A program made the position numbers and the translations under genes. 53,757 bases of DNA, taken from the IMG/VR virus record IMGVR_UViG_3300005738_000002, positions 1 through 53,757 of that record; one strand, 5' to 3'. Positions 18,101-27,100 of this stretch are shown piece after piece. The notes beneath the pieces were generated by a model. The model saw only the letters and a program-made list of their open reading frames with translations. It did not search any database and had not been told where the DNA came from. Every line of letters begins with the position of its first letter. The first letter of the stretch is position 1. The DNA comes from a virus. Taxonomy: Duplodnaviria > Caudoviricetes.

Positions 18101-18666
18101 CGATAGTCAGTGTTGCTCAAGAACCAGAAGTAGTAAGTGTTGCAACATCACAAATTCAGGTTATTACTGATGTTGTCGATGTTGATGTAACCACTTCACA
18201 TAAAGTCACTTTACAGAAAGAAATTGATCCAGGAGTTACAGTAGTCTCTACGGCAATTCAAGATTATGTAATTAGTATAACAGAATCTTCTGTATTAATG
18301 AGTGATGTAGTTGCCTTTGAAGTGGGTGCTATTGTCATTGAAAAACTTATTACATCTACAATTGTTACAGAAAAATTATCTGATGAACTTACACAATCAA
18401 TCAGTAGTTCTGTACAACAAAGTCTATTAATCCAACCAGAACTTCCTAGTCCTCTTGGTGGGGCGAATGCATCACCTGTACAAGTACAAACTTTACTTGC
18501 AAATGAGAGTGCTATTACTAATAGAGTTCGTGGATTAACATCCATTGGTTCTATTAATCCTGTTCTACCAAAACCAGCTGATGTTACGTTAAATAGACAA
18601 ACAGGCGTTCTTGACTTCTTTGAAGAATTAGTCGTCTTAGATACAACCATTGTAACCAGAAATTAA
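9103..18666 (+). CDS. gp7: Baseplate wedge initiator gp7 (large cyanophage form, with YHYH-like domain)
   Basis: QLPEFI...F..KYYE N-terminus, IKNI.DFY.AKGT..SIKF.F, DSFYYQDYSYVIKS..HPAGFKLFGE; between gp6 and gp8. Confidence 0.88.
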   Translation: MVETRRISTLIETQLPEFISTDYENFSKVVEKYYEQLELTGQPLDVIQNIGKYRDIDFYEKNLLKESTTLSSNISASDSTILVADATSFPESNGYISIGDEILFYKERTDTSFLEVSRGVSGNQSLGDLYTSSNFVTTLSAEHLSGDNVQNISNLFLYAFVKNFESDYLASFPEKYLKGSVDKRTLIKNITDFYQAKGTDRSIKFIFNTLVSNDKPEVLKPKDNTLKASFSDWVTSYSLKVKILSGNPENLIGEQLTQALDPLDSSIGFASGIIDNIFAIGDGLYEVVIDTSTLNNEFDIAAKTTLTENLNLGTTIGDRVNVFSTEGFNTRGRFLIGSEVFEYNQKNVDQFVISRREGNSSYASGTEVYSVSTVTSKNAEILVLGVLYNLDTAIEAPYSEEGDTIQISDPGFITRDPIINDIATNQTRWILSTSKASSLNSTITGQINDLNADVSAVYEDGNYYYICSSGYPGRSILTATTDQTLSDQKLMRLIRKNPLTITETYATSQRDVGIFVDGSVAFSQKDFRQVKFGPIDTFNVVNKGGAYKGAPYVLINNKPGFARALMSGETIDSIESLSDTSYTSVPEVTITSGRGATGTAKVTFGKITSIKVDNEGEYYSTPPLVVITDRLGKGRFAEYNAIIKDGKIVEFESVDQGKFYSKGNVIVQIIPVGSRGEVTCDIVTWTRNRYDVLNTELDASNGYVFQNYNPTRGYGYGIIANPVELRSQLNDDGTNHSPILGFAYDGNPIYGPYGYRNPLDSTSAISRLNSSYQLKSSRVGGPILADYPLGSFIEDYEWIPGTETGKLNLDENNGRYCATPEYPRGTYAYFITIDANGIPAYPYILGQNFYSLPVDSNYNADLTQDDLPAKAKRLRTSSIESNGSESILKVNKTISGSVNNLNIEDSPATFKVGNRFIIEDLDTEGSGASAVIASVEGKTITSIDSKSLDPTNQYSVALVKLISPTFLFENDVITQTGSNFTGRVIGDVFNRNEFVIERVTGTYTEGATLNSSSNIINIITDRNAFYSKNSTLLLTDGEDSVLATGRILETTANQNSIKVEVLTGEFVVPESVRVPYFLQSTTIGDTVGAEVVVYSELSKGLVPFLVKTDVALLETNEPHNVGVGTYVDIDIIPDVAQTSTEYYVRKRFYQEITLKAPSYNSILKDTGIGRGDLLNGGLDYTSGEYLDVELIFSDQSRVRNGIGAIGDADNARATINVSDFNGTGYGSVSDFTITTKGTNYIKGDILTVSDADLSRLSNSISTQRLAINVDHIGFAQLNTRISLVQVNKLSEGDLLLIDSEIVKIVTIDSGTNSVIVERGFENTNVVDHFNDALVTLYNGQYRFNANSRPLGTGPNDPYIINYNSTTQRVVLAHNYGSTSPREVTLSTIFQDDSSPRKSISISTATPGENRLEFSKDANFATYGVNTDIRIQKYYRYVFDTSHFSMLGIFLDFSASKTGSIFTEEKEVSGIQPGNNGSFVAITLGFGPSITGFAQQRFPVNFDTYYYFIKANSDVNTESAALKVIDDPLTGSKEVLFATSNKFVYQYTEDPDYNGLGTLSYTTSSPFAEGKINIASIDNKGSNYKRVPIVKGCIVTENNEPTLEIQWDTLTRSILSVNVVDGGTGYVNPQAIVTTGDGSGAEFKVVSDNGVIKRIDVINPGTGYTFEPIISVYESSIVAYFDSTTIGIPQDISIVKSGNSFHRDNTLLSEYTSNYALIIKGSSKFFKGEVVEQRDGNTLIFSGYVADKGYRIGSNILRLEKVSGVVDTSIPLVSGIDASRSVEVVSLLTSTFVPNIESYSDNIGRFTSGRGKVGDRYQRITDSFYYQDYSYVIKSKTSINVWRDLINQTTHPAGFKLFGEVVIETNQESTMPTEQPFSPRISFIELSPKVITTESTRTRRVVTQTSVRAVDTHLKRGVGSVSINEYDTEGILSKQLILQQDFDGRYATEEDYIGPLDSIQTAVGNTTFFKDSVSAASSYVLGTNQSAKLYEVKMVRNNQNIPISQWQDSDIAFSLINQSTDFDIISGSGQIEVGASHAFRLGWFYNIGAGESGIVGVEGNVATRKFCLMLIGDNIGTDAEELTSNFKVGDQVKLYENATTHYTIEILRVDAPAYDPVFGVIGDGNVLGRRSFQILDKANNLAYTPYNDQELFITLNGVAQEPGKAFQVSDSKIVFSSPPLGAQYPITGENFDDTYVTDPTTFLCKSFKFKQDSYNSKYLKKLKDISDNFDGITTEFALQWEDGTIVKTEPKENLLVFINGVLQAVNTAYTIRRSEIASNADIIVFSEPPRNFYDVIDYTPEQLDQKEYFYAYGVGSYDRLKIDERLIPYRGTGPYLLFDEETDIVKNINDSEFVLVFVDGVLQNPNSYILNGPNISFTGTLKKFNPSTGESLASKVEMISLFGRQVPKTLSAYDYDRIIFRNKININLTRTLDTAAGNAEYLQWQENFTSLDPSKEKNVFTFDNDGNRIIVGKLNSVRFNTLADGTSNGLAKPGVVATDLSIEVLNAANLLFTTNTFTAGLSEDDGELKLKSIYISDESDFSNSVSFNVTNEVFSIQWSYKTNEDGERVLSKDLPAWLNGSELGEQAYYEIYDGLVDISPGDQIMVDGENTYRDIISVPSEVKGRNFNRGETAKYDHFSNIEVSNYNGIVRGEGLSVTSQITNGVVTSVGFSDLEWNRRDLKLFFDTGILLQPTAYQYFVPPQVKFIPVDGNGGGARAEVLTIAGQVLDVILIEGGSGYTQPPKAVVTRGYNVLRKRDRVISSTYEINIGTQISGGANINGQSEITLIGDGVTSGLLSILSFGVVGSVETVSGDEIVVHVQPNSENSGDNLEIVESAIIVKREAFEAVDQVAGELIINETLITVSLDNPIASITNISPTGPNGNASLVEGLDLYIQKVINTPIAYVREQSSSATGAFLDAPLSDSATTVYVTNTSLFADVGKLQIGKEIVTYERKLEDRFFDVTRGVAGTTATPHPAGQYIRTIPDSVRVIQSGPRTIVTTIVSVAQEPEVVSVATSQIQVITDVVDVDVTTSHKVTLQKEIDPGVTVVSTAIQDYVISITESSVLMSDVVAFEVGAIVIEKLITSTIVTEKLSDELTQSISSSVQQSLLIQPELPSPLGGANASPVQVQTLLANESAITNRVRGLTSIGSINPVLPKPADVTLNRQTGVLDFFEELVVLDTTIVTRN

Positions 18667-18672
18667 TTTCTA

Positions 18673-19212
18673 ATGGCAGAATTACAATTATCAAGTCCGT
18701 ATAATAGTGTTTTAAAAAGAGATAGTACTACTATTCTTGTGGAAAATTTTAAGAAAAGAAAACCTGATGGTTTTGATTCATTCTCATCAGGAAATGCTTT
18801 CCATACTTTAGGAGCATTTGAAAAATCTGTTTTTGATGGAGACAATGTTATTGAAGAATTGTCAATGCAATATCCTCAATTACAAATTAAAGATTTTGCA
18901 TTAAGACCAAATTCTTCCTTTACTGTTGGAGGAAGACACTTTAATTTTGTTGGTGCTGCCAAATCATCCGCTTTTGGTTTAACTATCAACAGTTTACAAG
19001 TGATGACTATTGATGAAGCAAATCCACTTATACTAGAGGCAGATACTGATATTTCACGATTTTCTAGTTCTGGACATCTTTTTATTGCTGGTGCTGCGCG
19101 TACTCTTTTTGAATACACATCAAAGACTGCTACAGGATTTATTGGTTATGTCAAGAGTGGAAATGTAAATATTCCGCTCTCCACGGAGTTCATTCAATAT
19201 TCTACTGATTGA
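18673..19212 (+). CDS. Probable detached C-terminal part of gp7
   Basis: In frame with gp7 (TAA TTT CTA ATG); ends with the same F...G.L.I.....Y..KT...F beta-repeat seen in gp7. Confidence 0.65.
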   Translation: MAELQLSSPYNSVLKRDSTTILVENFKKRKPDGFDSFSSGNAFHTLGAFEKSVFDGDNVIEELSMQYPQLQIKDFALRPNSSFTVGGRHFNFVGAAKSSAFGLTINSLQVMTIDEANPLILEADTDISRFSSSGHLFIAGAARTLFEYTSKTATGFIGYVKSGNVNIPLSTEFIQYSTD

Positions 19213-19225
19213 TCAACCTATATCG

Positions 19226-19233
19226 TATAAATA
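19226..19233 (+). promoter_or_regulatory. T4-type late promoter
   Basis: TATAAATA upstream of gp8. Confidence 0.85.
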
Positions 19234-19267
19234 AATCAAGACAACAACGTTCTAGAGAAAAACTAAA

Positions 19268-21136
19268 ATGGCTGCAATTATTTCAGACAAATTTAGAATT
19301 TTTAATGCAACACAATTTCTAGAGTCCTTGTCCGAAGGCAGTAGTGATACTGGAACGGAAAGAACTAGAATGTACTTCTTTGTGGGTCGTCCACAAGCAT
19401 GGAATTCTTATTTGGAGATCTACTCCCAGAATGCTACAGCATTTACTGCTGGACAATCTGTATATGTTTCGCAAGATACTAACGGAACATTTACTTGGGC
19501 AAACTCTCCTTTCAGAGCAACAATTGTTGCGGTATATGATAACTCACTCATCTTGAGTAGTATCACTCCTTCCACAACTTCAACTCCACTTCCCAATGCA
19601 TTACTTGAAGGCTGGAATGGTTCGTCCGACACTGGTGCTGAGGCACGTTCGGGAGTTTATCGCTACGCTACAGAAGAAACCCCACCTACACCACTAGACA
19701 ATCAAGCTGAAAAGTTTGATGTTTATGACGAAATTATCGCTGCTAAGCGTATTACCGATAGTTTTGCTCGTGCTGTTATCACTCGTTACGATTGGAACAC
19801 TCTGGCAGCAGAACCTCGTTTCGATATGTACAAGCCTGATTACACAGCAACTACAACAGGTCAGGTAGGTAAACTATCACTTACTGCTTCATCTACACTA
19901 GGTGCTGCTAAGTACTACGTAATCAACTCTAATTACGAAGTATTCAAGTGTCTTTATAATGGCGAGTTCCCCGGAAGAACTGCACCTAACCCTCAGTATG
20001 AACCCAAGACTACACCTTCTGCTGGTCAAGGTAATTATTCAGGTGGAATTTTTACCGAAGATGCTGACACCACTGTATCGAATACTGCTGGTTATGTATG
20101 GAAGTATATGTACACCATTCCAACGGATGATGTTCTACGTTTCCTTTCTACTAACTTCCTTCCTATCAACCTTGCAACAGAATCTACAAGATCTGCTACA
20201 GTAGCAGCTGCTATTGATGGAGCACTTGAAATTGCTTTAGTTGAAGAAGTTGGATCTGGTCTACCTAATGGTACTCACTTTGCACCTGTTAATGGTGATG
20301 GTCAACTTGCTGGTGGTACTGAAGCAGTAGTCGAAATTATTGTTTCTGGTGGAGCAATCACTTCTACTAAGGTAGTTCAAACTGGTGCAGGTTATACTTA
20401 CGGATCAGTTGCACTCACGGACGGATCTACTACTGGTGGAATCAAAACTGGATTGTACTCCGATTCTGCTTTAACTAGTGCTCGTACTGGCGTAACCGGT
20501 ACAGGTGCTGTTGAAATTGTTATTGGTCCAGAAGGCGGTCATGGTGGAACCATGGAAGCAGAACTTAATGCTAAGCGTGTCATGACGAATATTCGTTTGA
20601 CTTATGCTGAAGGTTCTGGAGATTTCCCTGTTGATAACGACTTCCGTCGTATCGGAATCATTAAAGATCCCTTCAGTTTCGGTACAACTGATTTCGCTAC
20701 CTTAGACACTCTCAATGGTCTTTATGCCGTTAAAGTTACTGGTGCTACTGCAGACTATACTTCTGACGAAGAGATCACTCAGACCCTTGCTAGCGGTGGT
20801 ACAGCGAAAGGTACAGTCGTTTCCTGGGTACTAGACTCTGGATCAACAACTGCTGGCGTTCTTAAGTATATTCAGTCTCCTGATTTACATACAGATACGG
20901 GCGTTGTAAGAGCATTCGATGACTCTGCTGCTATCGTTGGTTCTAGTTCTCTAGCATCGGGAACAGTTGATACAGGAACTACAGGTTCTACTCTCTTGGG
21001 TGTTTCCTTTACCAATGGTCAAGGCAATCCTGAAATCGCACAAAACTCTGGCGATATCATTTATGTAGAGAATAGAAGACTGATTACTCGTGCTCCTGAC
21101 CAAATTGAGGACATTAAGTTAGTAATTGAGTTCTGA
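19268..21136 (+). CDS. gp8: Baseplate wedge subunit gp8
   Basis: MAAIISDKFRIFNA..F, YFFVGRPQAW, VFKCLYN, GYVWKYMYTI, DFRRIGII.DP, SGDIIYVENR..I.R..DQ.EDIKLVIEF. Confidence 0.93.
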   Translation: MAAIISDKFRIFNATQFLESLSEGSSDTGTERTRMYFFVGRPQAWNSYLEIYSQNATAFTAGQSVYVSQDTNGTFTWANSPFRATIVAVYDNSLILSSITPSTTSTPLPNALLEGWNGSSDTGAEARSGVYRYATEETPPTPLDNQAEKFDVYDEIIAAKRITDSFARAVITRYDWNTLAAEPRFDMYKPDYTATTTGQVGKLSLTASSTLGAAKYYVINSNYEVFKCLYNGEFPGRTAPNPQYEPKTTPSAGQGNYSGGIFTEDADTTVSNTAGYVWKYMYTIPTDDVLRFLSTNFLPINLATESTRSATVAAAIDGALEIALVEEVGSGLPNGTHFAPVNGDGQLAGGTEAVVEIIVSGGAITSTKVVQTGAGYTYGSVALTDGSTTGGIKTGLYSDSALTSARTGVTGTGAVEIVIGPEGGHGGTMEAELNAKRVMTNIRLTYAEGSGDFPVDNDFRRIGIIKDPFSFGTTDFATLDTLNGLYAVKVTGATADYTSDEEITQTLASGGTAKGTVVSWVLDSGSTTAGVLKYIQSPDLHTDTGVVRAFDDSAAIVGSSSLASGTVDTGTTGSTLLGVSFTNGQGNPEIAQNSGDIIYVENRRLITRAPDQIEDIKLVIEF

Positions 21137-21140
21137 CCTC

Positions 21141-21147
21141 CTAAATA
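21141..21147 (+). promoter_or_regulatory. Late promoter (CTAAATA variant)
   Basis: Intergenic, ~35 bp before ATG 21182. Confidence 0.6.
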
Positions 21148-21181
21148 ACGTTAGGAAAACCAGGACGTTAGTGCATATACA

Positions 21182-24100
21182 ATGCCTCAAAATACTAACC
21201 TAAACGCTAAGCCATACTTTGAAGACTTTGATCCGAAGAAGAATTTCTATAAGGTCTTATTCAGACCAGGGTTTGCAGTTCAGGCTAGAGAGTTAACTAC
21301 TCTCCAGTCTGCGCTGCAGACTCAAATAGAAAACTTCGGAAGAAACGTCTTCAAACAAGGCGATCTTGTCGTGCCTGGAGAAGTTGGGTTTAATAATAGA
21401 CTCAATTATGTTAAATTATCATCGGTTTCTGAAGTTGCGATAACTGATACTGCTGGTAACATTACTTATCAAAAGTATGATATCAGTCAATTAATTGGTT
21501 TAAAAGTTCAAGGAGTATCCTCTAGTGTTATTGCTAGTGTTGTAGCGACTGAACTTGGGTCTGATACAGAATCAGATACTCTTTATGTTAACTATCTAGA
21601 TTCTGGTGCATCTGGAGACGAAGAGAGATTCCGCCAAGGTGAAACACTTGAAGTAATTGGCGGAGTTAATTCTCCTTTATTAGTTGTTGGTACTGACGGA
21701 GTTTCTTTACCAACTAGTATTGGTGTAGTAAATCCAGATACAAATATTGAAACATTTGTAGATAGTCCTGCACTTGGTTATGCTTCTGCTGTAAAGGTAG
21801 AAGAAGGTATTTACTTTGTAAATGGATATTTTGTAAGAAATTCCGAACAACTATTAGTTGTCAACAAATACTACGATTCTCCTTCTGCTAAAGTTGGATT
21901 TACAATCAAAGAATCTTTAGTTACCCCAGAGCAAGATGCTTCTCTGTACGATCCTTCTCAGGGGTATTCTAATTTCTCTGCTCCTGGAGCACATCGCCTT
22001 AAGATCGATCTTACTTTAGTTAAGTATGATTACTACGAACTTACGGATAAAAACTTTATTCAATTGTTACTCGTAAAGAGTGGCACAATTCAAAAACAAC
22101 TTAAAGCAACTGATTTTTCTCTTGTAGAAGCTGCTATTGCAAGAAAAACATTTGATGAGTCTGGAGATTATGTAGTAGAACCTTTCCCACTACAAGTAAG
22201 AGAATATTATCAAAACAATAATAATCTTGGGTTCTATACTGCAGATGAAAATAATCTTGTTAATGGAATTTCTGCAAATGTAGCATCAACTAAACTTCTA
22301 GGAAGTATTGGTAGTGGAAAAGCATACATTAAAGGATATGAAGTTAAAAATAAAGAAACTAAGTATCTTGAAATTGATAAAGCAAGAGATACCATTAAAA
22401 GAGAAAATGAGACATTAAAAACTAGTGGTCTCACTTCATTCTTTATCACTAATGTACATGGAACAATTCCTGTTAATACAGAAGGTGCGGATTTAACTTC
22501 ATACCCAACCATGTATTTGAACTCTGTGTTCAATGATGGTTCTGTAGGACTTAATAATACTGAATCAGCAACTGATTCTAAACAGACTATAAACAGAAGA
22601 GGACTTGGATTTGATGTAACGGAAGGTGTTAAAACCATCTATTGTAGTATTGAAGATACAAATTATAATATTGGAAATTTCACTGATGCAACTTTTCAGT
22701 CTTTTATTCCAAAATTATATTACGTTAAAACAAGAACGGGTGGTGGAGATGTTAACGAATATGGTTATGTAGATACATTAGCATTTTCTATTGTTAAGCG
22801 TCCAGAAATTGACGGCACCGGAGTAACGGATTATCTAGAAATTACAGTTAAAGGTACGAGAGGAGAATTAGATTTATTTGTACTAAATTACGATTTAACA
22901 AATAGTGCAGGTAATTCTACTAGAAAATTATATAAGTCTCAAGCAGATATTGAATCATTAGTCACACCAATTTTTCAAATTCGTGATTATAACGAGACTA
23001 TTACTCCTATTGTAGGAATTAGCAAACCAAAAAATATTTCTTTAAAGAAAATTAGTTCTGGTTTTGATAGAGATACCGATAAAGTATTATCAAAAGGTAA
23101 ATTAGCAGGCGGTCTAGAAAAGTATAATTCTATATTCGACCTTGCATATTTTGCTCCTCAATTTTTTACTAGATTAATTCTTGAACAATCAATTACTGGA
23201 GACGATTTTACTGCTGGTAAGTACATCTATGGTTCTGTTAGTAAAGCAGTTGCTGTAATTGAAGGAGGAACTTCTGCTTCATATTCATCTATTAATAAAT
23301 TATTTGTTAGTGTTGTATTTGGAGAATTCCAAGATGGCGAGACAATAATTTCAGAAACTGGTGCAACTATTAATATTGCAACAGATAATACTATCTCACA
23401 TTTTATTGTTACCAAAGCAGGAGATGATTATGACCAGGGCGTCAAAATTATTCTAGATGGTGTAACATACGAAAATAATAAAATTCAACTAGTTGTATCT
23501 GGTGCTAATGCGATTGAAAGAGTATATGTCAATAATAGAAATGCAGTAAGAACGAAGTTTTCTCAACCTCCTGTAGTAGAATTATCTGGTACTGTTCCTA
23601 GTAACAAAGCAATAGTTGTACCTGTTCTTTTTAGAAATTCTGTATACACATATTCTCCTAAAAATATTAAATCAATATTTTCTGAATTTGGATCTGGAAA
23701 TAGTAATAAATTTTCTGCTGACGTTGAATTAGATCAGACTGGTTATTCAACAACTACTTCTGTAACAGATTTTACTTTCTCTGGAACTTTAGGATATAAG
23801 TTTATTGAATGTAATGGTTTTGGTGGTGATGCATCTAAAAATATTGTTCAAGGTGATGTTATTCAATTCTCAGATACTTCTGGTTCAGTATCCAAATATA
23901 TTGTACAATATGCAACTAGACCCGATGGTGTTAAGAGATCTAGAATTTATCTAGACAGAACCCTTACAAGTGATGTTAGTAATGCTTCTGTAGTTTTACA
24001 GAAACCAGTAATTGAAAATCCTAATGCAACTCTAGTATTTCCTACTGGCGATAAGCAAATTAAGACTTTAATTGATTCCTCAGAAGATTCTAAATTTAAG

Positions 24101-27100
24101 TATTTCTTCAGAAGAGATTTTATTACAACATCTTCTTCTGCTAGCGGCAACTTAACTTTTGCTGCACAACTTCCTTTTGGTACACAAAGATTTGCTCCTT
24201 TCAGTGAAGATAATTTCCTACTTACAGTATTAGAGACTGGCGTTGCTAATCACGCTTTAGATTCTGCAGGACAATTAGTATTGTTTGGAGGACCACTCAG
24301 CGTTGGAGACATTGTTTATATTGATAAAGAGTATGTTACAATATCCCAAACTGATTCTGATTTAACTGCCGGTAGTGTGACACTCAATTTCCCAGAAAAT
24401 CATTTTGGTGATATTGATGCTATTAGAACTGCTCTTGAACTTAGGGTTGCAAACCCACAAATAGGAGATCCTGATATCACATTGCCTTCGTCTAACTTTC
24501 CTAAAATGAAGTTGACTTCTACCTTGGAAGTATCAAAGGCAAAACCAAGACTTAAAACATCTATTAAGAATAAGCAGATTATTGTTCAATCTGGTGGTAC
24601 AACTATTGTTCCATTTAGAGGTCAGGAATTAGATGGAGAAACAATTCAAATCACATCATATGCTGATGTATTTAAATTGAATTATGTTTATGAAGGATCT
24701 ATTTCTTCACCACCATCTGTAGATGCTGGTGGTAATTTAATTTCTGGAACTGATGTAACTAATAAGTATACTTTCGATAATGGTCAAAGAGATACTCTTT
24801 ATGATATTGCTAGATTAGTTCTCAAATCAGGACTTGAAGCACCAACAGGTCAACTTGTTATTTCTTTTGATTACTTTGAACATTCTCAAGGTGACTTCTG
24901 TACTATCGACTCTTATTTACATGAAGCAGGTGTAGGTGCAGAGGAAATTCCATTCTTTAACTCTAGTGTAAATGGTCTTGTTTCACTGAAAGATGTTGTT
25001 GACTTTAGACCTAAAGTAGATAATTCTAATATTGTTCCTGGATATCAAGATCAGACTTTATTGTCTCAAACAGATTATCTATCTTTCTCTGGAGTTTCTG
25101 GTATTCCTGCTAGTACTCCTGCAGATGATAGTAATCTAGATTTCACTATTAAGTATAATAAAGTTCAGTATCTTGATAGAATTGATGGTGTATTCCTTAA
25201 CACTGACGGAAACTTCATTGTAAAGAAAGGAAACTCTTCTCTCGATCCATCCAGACCAGAAATTATTAGCGATAGTATTCCTTTATATTATCTTTATATT
25301 CCAGCATATACAGATTCTAGTAGGGATGTACGTATTATTCCAGTTGAGAATAAGCGTTATACTATGAAAGATATCAGTAAGTTGAATCAGCGTCTTGAAA
25401 GATTAGAATACTATACATCAATGAGTATTCTTGAGCAACAATCTCTCAATATGCAAATCACTGATGATATTGGTTTAGACAGATTTAAATGCGGTTTTTA
25501 TGTAGATAGTTTTGAATCTCATAAAGGAGATATCAAGTCTGCAGATTATCTATGTTCTATTGATACTCAGCAATCTGTTTTAAGACCTCAAGTTAGTGAA
25601 GATAATTTCTTAGTCAAAGAAATTAATACCAGAAATGATCAAAGAGAAGTTGCTGGATATGTTAATAACAATGGAGTATTGACATTACCATATACTGATT
25701 TTAGATTACTTGGTAATAACTTTGCAACAAAAACTATTAATCCCAACCCATTCGTAGTCCTTCAATATGTTGGTGATTTGTCTATCGATCCTAATGTAGA
25801 TTCTTGGTATGATAAGAGCATTGCTCCTCTAATTACCGACAACAATACTAATTTGTTTGTTCCTTTCTTAGCAAAAGATGATTTAGATGTAGCATTTGCA
25901 AGTACATATAATTCTTTTGTTGTAACTTGGACAGGAACTGAGAGATCATTCTTCAATATTAATCCTCTATCCAAAACAAATAGTGAAGTCTCTTCTTCTG
26001 AAGTTGTTGATGCAAATGTTTCTAGTTCTTCAAATATAAGTCCCTTTAATAACGAGGTTGCTAAAGGAGTTTCTACCAGAACAAGTCGTGGAAAATCTGT
26101 TGTTTCTTCACTTCAATACTTTGCTCGTAGTATTCCTGTTAAATTCGCAATCCGTAGATTAAAACCAAAAACACAAGTATTTGTTTACTTAGAGGGTAAA
26201 AAAATTAATAGATGGGTTGTTCCTGATATCAGGTTTACCGGAATTCCCGGCAACTCTCTATCTTCTTTCAATGCTCCTATTGTTACCGATGAGAATGGTA
26301 ATGCAAGTGGTATTGTATTGATTCCAGCTGGAGCTCCTCCTAGAGAATCTGTTATTTGGACTGGAGATATCGAGACATTAGCATATGACCAAAGTGCTGA
26401 AGAAGTTAGAATTACAACTGGCGAAAAAACTTTAAGATTTACTTCTAGTTCTACAAACAGAGATAAGAATAATGTAGAAACATTTGCTGAAACCAAGTTC
26501 TATGCTACAGGTCTTCTCCCTGATAACCCCGGTTCAATTATTTCAACCAAACCTGCTTACTTCAAGGCTAACGAAGGTACTCAATTAGTTAATAATAATA
26601 CAGAGATAGAGCAGAAACCAAATCCATTAGCACAAACATTCAAAGTTGAAAATTTTGAAGAAGGTGTATTTGCAACTGGCATTGATCTTTATATTGCTAA
26701 GAAGAGTGATTCTATTCCTCTTAGAGTATATCTAACTGATGTAGATTCTGAAAAACCAGGAAAAAATGTTATCCCTGGAACAGAAATTGTCAAAGAACCT
26801 TATACTTATATTAAAGCATTTGTATCAGCATCAGTTACTATCCTAAAAGGAGAAAATATTTCTGGTATTAATACGAATGCTTCTGGTCCTATTCTTAGAG
26901 TTCTTGATAAGAATAATAATGAACTACCAGTTTCTGAAGATAATGAAATCACACTAACAAACGAGCAAGTCTATACCTTTGTTCTTTCTAATAACAATGG
27001 ATTATCTTTTATTGCTGATGAAACATTAAAAATTAATTCTATTGTTTCGTTCAACAATTCTAATAATACAGAAGTTGTTGCAAGAATTGCTAAGGATTCA

